Part shown: one piece after another, positions 15,978 through 23,239 of the stretch | Position numbering within the stretch: the stretch's first letter is position 1 | How the letters are laid out: every line of letters starts with the position of its first letter | Source of the DNA: Alphaproteobacteria bacterium | Lineage (GTDB): Bacteria > Pseudomonadota > Alphaproteobacteria > Rs-D84 | Assembly (NCBI GenBank): GCA_017475605.1 | Contig: JAFVFD010000005.1 | Location: forward strand, 90,001 to 122,000 | Direction of reading: 5' to 3' | DNA length: 32,000 nucleotides | Made by a program: the position numbers and the translations under genes | Notes under the pieces: model-generated | Told to the model about the DNA's origin: nothing | What the model saw: only the letters and a program-made list of their open reading frames with translations | Database searches by the model: none

Positions 15978-16005
15978 ACTATATACACATAAATATTTTT
16001 GTCAA
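15978..16005 (-). promoter_or_regulatory. Sigma70-type promoter TTGACA-16-TATAGT on the minus strand, driving the 15808..15939 small ORF
   Basis: TTGACA is the revcomp of 16000..16005 and TATAGT the revcomp of 15978..15983. The flanking 13-mer ttttgtcaagtat also occurs at the 606..634 promoter. Confidence 0.45.
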
Positions 16006-16045
16006 GTATTTTGTTGTTTGTCAAATTTTATCCCAAACACCCCTT

Positions 16046-17602
16046 TTATTCGTCGCAACCGTATTCGCCACACGTGCCATCGGAATATTCGCCAACTTCT
16101 ATCGCGACAGGATTGCCTGCCGGCTCATTAGTTGTATAATGCGTTTCCTTGACTACGCGGACACGACGATTTGCCGCATTCGGTGTATTGTCTGGTGTCG
16201 GAACAGCCAAATCTTCTTCACCACTGGATACGGCGACAATCTGACTTGCCGGGATACCGTATTGAATCAGCATTTTCTGGACCGCTTCGGCACGACGACC
16301 CCCCAGGGCATAGTTGTAACTTTTTGACCCGGCGGTATCGGTATGTCCGACCACAGAAACCTTGATATTCTTGTTTGATTGTGTCGCATCGGCCAATTTT
16401 TCAATCAAATCACGATATTCAGGTTTAATAATCGCCTTGTTGAAATCAAAACGAACTTCAAAGACTTCTTCCATGACATGCTGTTTTGGTTCCAATGGAA
16501 TCTGTTGAACCTTAATCATTGTCTTTTCGCCAGCGGCCGCCTGTAATTTATCCAAACGTGCGTTAATTGCCGCCAATTCTTCACGCATAGCCATCATCAT
16601 ATCGATAAATTCTGCGCGGGTTACGACATCGTCATTTACGACTGGAACAACAACTGGTTCTGGGTCTGGACAATTACATGATTCCTGGACAACAGGTTCT
16701 GGTTGTGGGCATGGCTTAACCTTGCACACAGTTTTTGCGCATGTGCAGTTTGATCCGGCCTGTAAACTGTTACCATTGTTGGACATGTTTTTGCTGACTG
16801 TTTTATCACCACCATAAATGTTTTGATTAAATACCATTGGTTGTACAGGTACCGGGTTAATAAGGTGTTCCGGCACATTCACATTGTTAACAATAATAAC
16901 ACCTTCGCGGGCGCGAGACGAATTGCTCATTGCGCGCATATTGCGTGTTTCCGGGTAATATTCACCGGCACTGCGCTGAACATCATTAACTGCGATTTCT
17001 GTTTTAACTGTTTGTGTTGTCTGGGTCTGGACAGGTGTTTTTGCGATTACCTTGCCCCCCTTGCAATCACGCAGGGCAACCAAAGCCTTTTGGAAACGGT
17101 CGCGACATTGACGCGCGGTTGCTTCTTGGCCACTGGCGGTGGCGGACAACCAACAATCGTATTTAGCCTGAACTTCGGCCGCCAATTCAGGATGTAAATC
17201 GGATGCATCGTTTTTCAATTGTTCCATCAATTCATTGTATGCGGTATATAATTCAAACGATGTTTGTTCATCATCAACCGGCCAATTTTCCATTGTTTCC
17301 GGGAACGGCAATTCACCAGAAAATGCGGCAACCGCCTTCTGTGCGAACAATTCGCCCATTTCAGGATAGCCTGATGTACGCGCATTGTATATAGCATACG
17401 AACGATAGTTCATCGCCAATTGATTCAAAAAGGAATCTTTATGTGGTGCAGAATACACATCCAACCGTTCAACATAATCGACAGTTGGTGTTGAAACATC
17501 ATATGCGACATCGCCCGCATTATCACGCGCACACGCGCCCAATGCCAGTATCAACAGGCCTGTCAATATTTGTACTTTGCACTTTGAACTTTGATTTTTC
17601 AT
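16046..17602 (-). CDS. OmpA-family outer-membrane lipoprotein with a Cys/Pro-rich linker and a peptidoglycan-binding OmpA_C domain
   Basis: Signal peptide with lipobox ..LLILALGAC. OmpA_C: FDFNKAIIKPEY...VSVVGHTDTAGSKSYNYALGGRRAEAV...NRRVRVV. Linker: CTCAKTVCKVKPCPQPEPVVQESCNCPDPEPVV. RBS AGGAAAGGGGA. Confidence 0.9.
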   Translation of the reverse strand: MKNQSSKCKVQILTGLLILALGACARDNAGDVAYDVSTPTVDYVERLDVYSAPHKDSFLNQLAMNYRSYAIYNARTSGYPEMGELFAQKAVAAFSGELPFPETMENWPVDDEQTSFELYTAYNELMEQLKNDASDLHPELAAEVQAKYDCWLSATASGQEATARQCRDRFQKALVALRDCKGGKVIAKTPVQTQTTQTVKTEIAVNDVQRSAGEYYPETRNMRAMSNSSRAREGVIIVNNVNVPEHLINPVPVQPMVFNQNIYGGDKTVSKNMSNNGNSLQAGSNCTCAKTVCKVKPCPQPEPVVQESCNCPDPEPVVVPVVNDDVVTRAEFIDMMMAMREELAAINARLDKLQAAAGEKTMIKVQQIPLEPKQHVMEEVFEVRFDFNKAIIKPEYRDLIEKLADATQSNKNIKVSVVGHTDTAGSKSYNYALGGRRAEAVQKMLIQYGIPASQIVAVSSGEEDLAVPTPDNTPNAANRRVRVVKETHYTTNEPAGNPVAIEVGEYSDGTCGEYGCDE

Positions 17603-17695
17603 AAAGTATCCCCTTTCCTAATTGTCTGTATTATACGATTTTTCGCAAAATTAGTAAAGCATAAAAACACAGAACCCAACAATTATTACAGGTTT

Positions 17696-18511
17696 TTATT
17701 TATCCATAAACTGTGATGCGATTGATCCCAACGAAGACAGCCCACCATTAAGGCTTGCGCCACTTTGCGTGATACTTCCAACCGTCTGCATAATTTGTGA
17801 TGTGCTGGTGTTTTTCCCAACATTACCCATAGCAGTGGTAAGGAAGTCCCCCCACATTTCTTTTTTCTTTTTACTGATTCTAGTGTCGGAACAATCTTCT
17901 ACACGCGCCAACAATTTTCCAGCCATTGTTAAATTATCACGTGTGGTATAATCGGCCATACCGAAATCAACTAAATCAAAAATCTCATAAATATTAGAAA
18001 CTGTTTTTTGGTCTTTTGTACTGCATGTCGGTGAACCATCTGGACAATATGTCGCCTTGCTGGCCTTTGGAAAACCATTCCAGACCATTTCTGCATCCGC
18101 AGCAGATGCAAAATTATCATAGCAAATATTTGCCATATCGGTTCCCGCGGAATAACGCACCGAAGCCTCGTACCCCACACCACCGGGACAACGCGTTTTA
18201 TTTAATTTACGTTCAACTTCTTCTGCCGTCATTGTTCCAGTTTTTGCCCATTCCTTGATTGTGTTATTTACGAATTCGATTTCTGCACTTGATGGAATAC
18301 AATATGTATCAAGTTCGCGTTGCTTTGCATTAAGGTTTTGAACATCGGAAACCAAACTTAAAACAGATGGCACCAAACTTGTTGCGGTGTTTGTTGCGCT
18401 TGCTTCCTGGGTCGCGACCGGTGCCGCTTTTTTAATAGTAACAGCCGCACCCACCACATTTGTGGTCGCGCACAAAACCAACGCAATAAACAATGTCAGA
18501 TTTTTCTTCAT
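17696..18511 (-). CDS. Secreted protein of unknown function (six Cys in the mature chain, Ser/Gly-rich C-terminus)
   Basis: Signal peptide MKKNLTLFIALVLCATTNVVGAA. Full-length ORF with no competing frame. No family recognised. Confidence 0.7.
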   Translation of the reverse strand: MKKNLTLFIALVLCATTNVVGAAVTIKKAAPVATQEASATNTATSLVPSVLSLVSDVQNLNAKQRELDTYCIPSSAEIEFVNNTIKEWAKTGTMTAEEVERKLNKTRCPGGVGYEASVRYSAGTDMANICYDNFASAADAEMVWNGFPKASKATYCPDGSPTCSTKDQKTVSNIYEIFDLVDFGMADYTTRDNLTMAGKLLARVEDCSDTRISKKKKEMWGDFLTTAMGNVGKNTSTSQIMQTVGSITQSGASLNGGLSSLGSIASQFMDK

Positions 18512-18602
18512 CTCTCTGTGGTAAATATTATATCATAAAAAATGTTGCTCTCAAATATAAAAATTGCTTTTTATTAACGGGCGCGCTAAAGTGTTTCTTG
18601 AT

Positions 18603-19079
18603 ATGACAGACAACAGAACATTTCTTATCTTTTCTAAACACCGCCGTCTTCAACGTCTGTGGCAGTTTTTTTTCACAGGCTGGGGACTGGTGATGGTTGC
18701 GGCATTGGTTGCGGGCACGCTGTTCACGCGCCAATTATTATGGACGCCTATTGCCGCGATAAATATGCGCGACATCGCAACAAATCAGTTCAAGATGACG
18801 GACGCATCTTTTTCCGGGCTTGATCGCGATGGCAACCCATTTCACATCAATGCAAAAACAGCGCGCCAGGAATACGACCAACCAGACATTGTTTTTCTGG
18901 ATACAATACGTGGCAACATAACACGTAAAATTGATGGAAAAATGGAAACGAATAATGTTTCCGCCGACCATGGTCAGTATCATATAAAACAGAAACGCGT
19001 TACTTTAAGTGGTAATGTATATTTACATTCGACAACTGGGGACAAGGTATTAACAGACGAAATGGTGATAAAACTATGA
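18603..19079 (+). CDS. lptC: LptC-like LPS export protein (N-terminal membrane anchor plus a beta-jellyroll-type domain)
   Basis: The track ORF starts at TTG 18564; the first ATG is at 18603 (MTDNRTF...). TM anchor WQFFFTGWGLVMVAALVAGTLF. Its size, its position immediately upstream of lptB and the ATGA stop/start overlap all fit lptC. The assignment is mainly by context. Confidence 0.55.
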   Translation: MTDNRTFLIFSKHRRLQRLWQFFFTGWGLVMVAALVAGTLFTRQLLWTPIAAINMRDIATNQFKMTDASFSGLDRDGNPFHINAKTARQEYDQPDIVFLDTIRGNITRKIDGKMETNNVSADHGQYHIKQKRVTLSGNVYLHSTTGDKVLTDEMVIKL

Positions 19080-19804
19080 AACAATCTGTATTACGTGTTG
19101 AACATTTATCAAAATCATATGGAAAACGCATGGTTATACGCGACATATCACTGGTCGCGCGCCAGGGCGAATCGGTTGGCCTGCTGGGACCGAACGGTGC
19201 GGGAAAAACAACTGCGTTCTATTGTATAACGGGCCAATTAAATGCCACCGGCGGACAAATCTTTTTGAATTCCCAGGATATAACCCACCTGCCGTTTTAT
19301 CAACGGGCAAGATTACACATCGGCTATTTACCCCAGGAAAACAGCGTGTTCCGCGGTCTTACCGTTGAACAAAATATTATGGCTATATTAGAGGTTGTCG
19401 AACCCAGCAAAAAGAAACGTCAACAAAAATTGGATGCTTTACTTGATGAATTTGCGATTTCGTCCCTGCGACGCAGCCCGGCAACCGCACTTTCCGGTGG
19501 TGAACGTCGCCGCGTAGAAATTGCGCGCGCGTTGGCGAACGATCCAAAGTTCATTTTGCTGGACGAACCATTTGCGGGTATTGACCCGATTGCTGTTAAT
19601 GAAATTCGTTCATTGGTATCGCAATTAAAAAATCGTGGTTTGGGGGTAATTATTACCGACCACAATGTTCGTGAAACATTGGGCATTACCGACCACAGTT
19701 ATGTTTTACACGACGGCAAGATTTTAAAGCATGGCACGACTGATGAAATTATTGCCGATGAAATGGTTAAAAAAGTCTATCTTGGCGAAGATTTTGTGAT
19801 GTAA
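19076..19804 (+). CDS. lptB: LPS export ABC transporter ATP-binding protein LptB
   Basis: Walker A GPNGAGKTT, signature LSGGERRRVEIARAL, Walker B FILLDEPFAGIDP and the ITDHNVRETL motif. The 242-aa length is typical of LptB. Confidence 0.9.
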   Translation: MKQSVLRVEHLSKSYGKRMVIRDISLVARQGESVGLLGPNGAGKTTAFYCITGQLNATGGQIFLNSQDITHLPFYQRARLHIGYLPQENSVFRGLTVEQNIMAILEVVEPSKKKRQQKLDALLDEFAISSLRRSPATALSGGERRRVEIARALANDPKFILLDEPFAGIDPIAVNEIRSLVSQLKNRGLGVIITDHNVRETLGITDHSYVLHDGKILKHGTTDEIIADEMVKKVYLGEDFVM

Positions 19805-19808
19805 AAAA

Positions 19809-19861
19809 CCGCCCCAGTTTTCACGCGACAAGGATTAACGTGAAAACTTTTTTCGGGGCGG
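19809..19861. terminator. Compound (nested) hairpin terminator between lptB (+) and 19897..21993 (-)
   Basis: The outer stem CCGCCCC (19809..19815) / GGGGCGG (19855..19861) encloses the inner stem GTTTTCACG (19817..19825) / CGTGAAAAC (19839..19847). An A-run lies upstream. Confidence 0.6.
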
Positions 19862-19896
19862 CACTTTAGGGACACACCTAAAGAAACTTTTACCCG

Positions 19897-21993
19897 TTAT
19901 TCACATGCACCATACGATGCGGCAACGGTCGCATTTTCGATACACACACTGCCCGATACCGCGCATGCGGAGCGAACCAAAGTGATTGTACCATCAATGC
20001 TTGATTTGTAATTCAGGGCCGCGGCCTTACACTGATTCAAATCAGTATATTCCGCACATGACAATTTCCAAGACTTACAATCAACCGCGGTTGCTGTTGG
20101 GCTAACCGTATCTGGCAAACGCAGATTCCATTTCACATAAAAATCTTTCAATGTGCCAATCGAATGTGATTTACCAAAACCAACCGTATTCAAACCATCA
20201 CCAACACGACAGTTAATATTGTTGCGTTCAACAAATGCGGTAATAGCGGTCGCCAAACCACCGGTTCCCGCACCAATCGCCGCGCCGGTTGCAATACTCT
20301 TGCCCATATTAGACTTTTCGCCATTCAACACATCAAGGCCACCGAACACACCATCTAATTCGGCAATTTCAACCTCGGTTTCATCCTTGTTAACACAGCC
20401 GATACCCAGGTTTGTACATTTCAAACCACCTGCCAAATTGTCCGGATTGCGTAATGACTTGAAACGGCAACCAACTGTATCTTTGGCACACGAAGATGCC
20501 TCAACATTCAAATCACCAGATTCAATCGAACCAACCGAAACCAAGTAATCTATACAAGGTTTAGTATCCAATTTCCCGGCACCCGCACACGTTGTTGCCA
20601 GCAAGTTATCAATACAGGCTATTTTAGCACCATCATCTTCACAACCCGCTGGTAATTCATATCCATTCGGATCAAACGAATCATTATAGACAAATGTACA
20701 ATTCAACACATCATTACCAAAGCAACGGCTAATATCTTGCTTTACGGTTTGATAGTTTGTGTACAAATCGACAATCGCACGACATTGACGCGCCGTCAAA
20801 TCATTCGTTGTGATTTTATCGCCTTCGGGTAAATATCTGTTAAGAGAATAGATATTCACACTTTTACGCAATTGGTCGCTTAATGTTTTGACCGCAGATT
20901 TATTATCGCAATCAAATGCGCGTTTGCCATGGCCCGCCAATGCACCAATTCCGGCACCGGCCAATGTTCCGCCACCAATACCCACAACCGCGGCAGTGCT
21001 TGTATCGTTCATCAACGAAAAACCGAACAAATCTTTGTTACAAGTGAATGTATCGCCGGCGGCACGCCAAACCTCGGCTGGCTGGTCATTGCCCAGTGCA
21101 CCGAACAACCAGTTGTTTTTGATTTGAGTGTCTTTGTTATATGCGGCCACGCGCAGATAGCAGGTTGCAGTTGTTGCATCCCAACGCGCATAGTGTCCAC
21201 GCGCCCCATCAACACCCGGGTTGCCATAATTTAATTCTGCGCCCATCGGATTAGTCTTGATTAACACCCCGCCCTGTTGATTATTATAGGCACCAACGCG
21301 GTTATTATATTCACTTGTTGTACCACCATTGTTTTCGACGGCTGCAAACGATGGCCCATATGTATTCACATCCAACAACAGACATGTGTTTTCAGCCTGG
21401 TTTGGTGTCAAACCCGTTTTGCGCAAAACAAAGTTGTAATATTCCGGCTGAATCTTGCGCGAATTAAAGTCAACCCAAACATCTGCGATTGCGCGATATA
21501 CAGGCTTGCAATCACGACGAACATCCGTCATACATTTTTCCACCTGAATCGAGCAAAGCCCCATGCCATTCATAATCGCATTACGCATATCTTCGTTGAA
21601 CAAATCATTCAAACCACCCGGCAAGGCACCGTTATTTATACACGCCAAAACATCGTTCATACAGTTTTGAACAGTATATTCAGAATTACGCACACCACCA
21701 TCTGGACATTCCGGGGTTGGTTGTGGATCTGGCTGTGGATCATCTGGTTTTGGGTCCGGCTGTGGTTGTGGTTGTGGTTGCGGTTGTTGTGCAACATTTG
21801 TTGATATATTTGCCGGATTAATTGTCATTGTCGGCATAGACGGCATACGAAACGATTGTGCACCCGCACGATTACCCGCACGAACATTTGCCGCCGCACG
21901 CGGTGTTGCATCCGCCGCAAATGCCGCACAAACAAAGGATATTACACCGAAACAGGCAACCAGGCCGCCGAATAATTTTGATGATTTTGTCAT
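19897..21993 (-). CDS. Secreted cysteine-rich protein of the Cys-module family, with a PQ repeat and two glycine-zipper-like segments
   Basis: I prefer the start ATG at 21993 (MTKSSKLFGGLVACFGVISFVCAAFA), which has GGGGGGA 7 nt upstream; the track start 22008 has no RBS. It contains QQPQPQPQPQPDPKPDDPQPDPQP, the modules CMNDVLAC (21640..21663) and CSIQVEKCMTDVRRDC (21508..21555), VVGIGGGTLAGAGIGALAGHGKR (about 20921..20995) and ATGAAIGAGTGGLATAITAF (about 20232..20305). Confidence 0.8.
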   Translation of the reverse strand: MTKSSKLFGGLVACFGVISFVCAAFAADATPRAAANVRAGNRAGAQSFRMPSMPTMTINPANISTNVAQQPQPQPQPQPDPKPDDPQPDPQPTPECPDGGVRNSEYTVQNCMNDVLACINNGALPGGLNDLFNEDMRNAIMNGMGLCSIQVEKCMTDVRRDCKPVYRAIADVWVDFNSRKIQPEYYNFVLRKTGLTPNQAENTCLLLDVNTYGPSFAAVENNGGTTSEYNNRVGAYNNQQGGVLIKTNPMGAELNYGNPGVDGARGHYARWDATTATCYLRVAAYNKDTQIKNNWLFGALGNDQPAEVWRAAGDTFTCNKDLFGFSLMNDTSTAAVVGIGGGTLAGAGIGALAGHGKRAFDCDNKSAVKTLSDQLRKSVNIYSLNRYLPEGDKITTNDLTARQCRAIVDLYTNYQTVKQDISRCFGNDVLNCTFVYNDSFDPNGYELPAGCEDDGAKIACIDNLLATTCAGAGKLDTKPCIDYLVSVGSIESGDLNVEASSCAKDTVGCRFKSLRNPDNLAGGLKCTNLGIGCVNKDETEVEIAELDGVFGGLDVLNGEKSNMGKSIATGAAIGAGTGGLATAITAFVERNNINCRVGDGLNTVGFGKSHSIGTLKDFYVKWNLRLPDTVSPTATAVDCKSWKLSCAEYTDLNQCKAAALNYKSSIDGTITLVRSACAVSGSVCIENATVAASYGACE
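21761..21790. repeat. Hexanucleotide tandem repeat (TGTGGT x3, then TGCGGT, TGTTGT) encoding the PQ repeat
   Basis: Read directly from the sequence. It is in frame: 6-nt units encode Pro-Gln on the minus strand. Confidence 0.8.
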
Positions 21994-22095
21994 AGAAAAT
22001 CCCCCCATGATAGTTGTTCTAATTATACCATAAAAAAGCCTTAAAAAAAGTTTTTTTACCGTAATTTTTGCTTTTTATTGAAAAAACTTAAAACA

Positions 22096-22123
22096 TTGAC
22101 AAAAACAATATCTTGTCTATAAT
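22096..22123 (+). promoter_or_regulatory. Consensus sigma70 promoter TTGACA-16-TATAAT, placed 7 nt upstream of the ATG at 22131 (leaderless configuration)
   Basis: TTGACA at 22096..22101 and TATAAT at 22118..22123, both perfect hexamers. There is no Shine-Dalgarno sequence between the -10 and the ATG. Confidence 0.55.
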
Positions 22124-22130
22124 AGAATTG

Positions 22131-23213
22131 ATGTGGAATAAAGTACAAGATTTTTATAACAATAACAAACATGCGATTATTTGGACCGCATGCTATATCT
22201 TTGCGTCATGGGCCATTATGCGCTATATGTTTAATTTCAATATCTTTTCCGCAACCCGTTGGCACCAACTGTTTCATTCGCATCTGTATGGCTTTGCGGG
22301 TTTCGTATTCAGTATTTTGATTTTGGCGATGGTGCCACTTTACATTGCAACGACCGTTATTATCGCACGAACCAAAACGCCACTTTTTAATATAAACATA
22401 ACAATACCTGAATTTATCAAGACTTTTATTAAGAACGCATTTATTCAAACACCAATGCCGGACGAAGAACCACTTGCCACCACAGTTCAGGAAAACGAAT
22501 CGGGACAAGAAAACCCAACCGAACAAACACCAGGCAACGAAAATACGGAAACACCGACCGAAACCACATCGCCCAACCCCGTACCAGACACCGTCCCGGC
22601 GGAATTACGCGTTGCATATATGCGCGCCCGCGACAATGTTTTACACACACAGAAATCTGTATTTGACCTTGCTAATACCACCCGGACACCCGCCCCGGCA
22701 CCAATCGCCGAACCGGCAAGTGCGGATGCCACCCCAATGGAAGATTTTTCTATTCCAACAGATTTTGATATTACCGACACAGACAGCATTATGGGGAACG
22801 TGCCAACATTTACCGATATTGACCTGGATGCCGATATTGATGACGATACCGATGAACAAACACCCGAAATTACAGACATAAAAACCCAAAACAATGAAAA
22901 CCAAGATGTAATAAACTATCTGAACAAAAAATCTGTTCCATGTGAAATTATTGACGACATTGTTGTAACTGACAAATTCGCAATTGCATCGCACACAGAT
23001 TCTGATTTCTGGGTTGCGGACAATGAATCATGGTTTGCCGCCGGAAAAATAAGAAAATCACCAATTGTATCTGTGTTAAATGTTGCAAAGCAACGCAACG
23101 TCCAACCGGTGTTATATTTGACATACGATAACATAATGGACATTGATGAATTGCGTACTGGGTGGCAAGATGCCGGCATTCGTGTGATAAACAACTTGGA
23201 CGAATTAAAATAA
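22131..23213 (+). CDS. Membrane protein with N-terminal TM helices, a long acidic Thr/Pro/Asp/Glu-rich linker and a C-terminal globular domain of unknown function
   Basis: The track ORF starts at TTG 22113, inside the promoter spacer; the first ATG is at 22131 (MWNKVQDFY...). Hydrophobic segments: AIIWTACYIFASWAIM and LYGFAGFVFSILILAMVPLYIATTVII. Acidic tract: ...DFDITDTDSIMGNVPTFTDIDLDADIDDDTDEQTPE. Confidence 0.7.
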   Translation: MWNKVQDFYNNNKHAIIWTACYIFASWAIMRYMFNFNIFSATRWHQLFHSHLYGFAGFVFSILILAMVPLYIATTVIIARTKTPLFNINITIPEFIKTFIKNAFIQTPMPDEEPLATTVQENESGQENPTEQTPGNENTETPTETTSPNPVPDTVPAELRVAYMRARDNVLHTQKSVFDLANTTRTPAPAPIAEPASADATPMEDFSIPTDFDITDTDSIMGNVPTFTDIDLDADIDDDTDEQTPEITDIKTQNNENQDVINYLNKKSVPCEIIDDIVVTDKFAIASHTDSDFWVADNESWFAAGKIRKSPIVSVLNVAKQRNVQPVLYLTYDNIMDIDELRTGWQDAGIRVINNLDELK

Positions 23214-23238
23214 AAAACCGCCCGTTTGGGCGGTTTTT
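23212..23238. terminator. Bidirectional intrinsic terminator between 22131..23213 (+) and 23240..26194 (-)
   Basis: AAAAAA-CCGCCC-GTTT-GGGCGG-TTTTT fills the whole 26-nt gap between the two stop codons. Confidence 0.8.
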
Positions 23239-23239
23239 A

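Noticed and set aside
15779-16131. Plus-strand track ORFs 15779..15970 and 15793..16131
   Set aside because: They begin within or just after a terminator, have no RBS, and overlap the OmpA gene 3' end and a minus-strand promoter. The minus-strand 43-codon ORF has the full set of expression signals instead.
21761-21790. Tandem repeats (PQ hexamers here, PAK repeats at 96..141) as a CRISPR array or phase-variation switch
   Set aside because: The units are 6 or 27 nt, lie within coding sequence and are in frame, with no spacers. They can only change protein length, not switch expression. No CRISPR-like repeat-spacer structure exists anywhere in the window.
22001-22006. G6 tract upstream of the 19897..21993 start as a slipped-strand phase-variation site
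   Set aside because: Six residues is short for efficient slippage. The tract is better explained as the GGGGGA-type ribosome-binding site that several other genes in the window also use.
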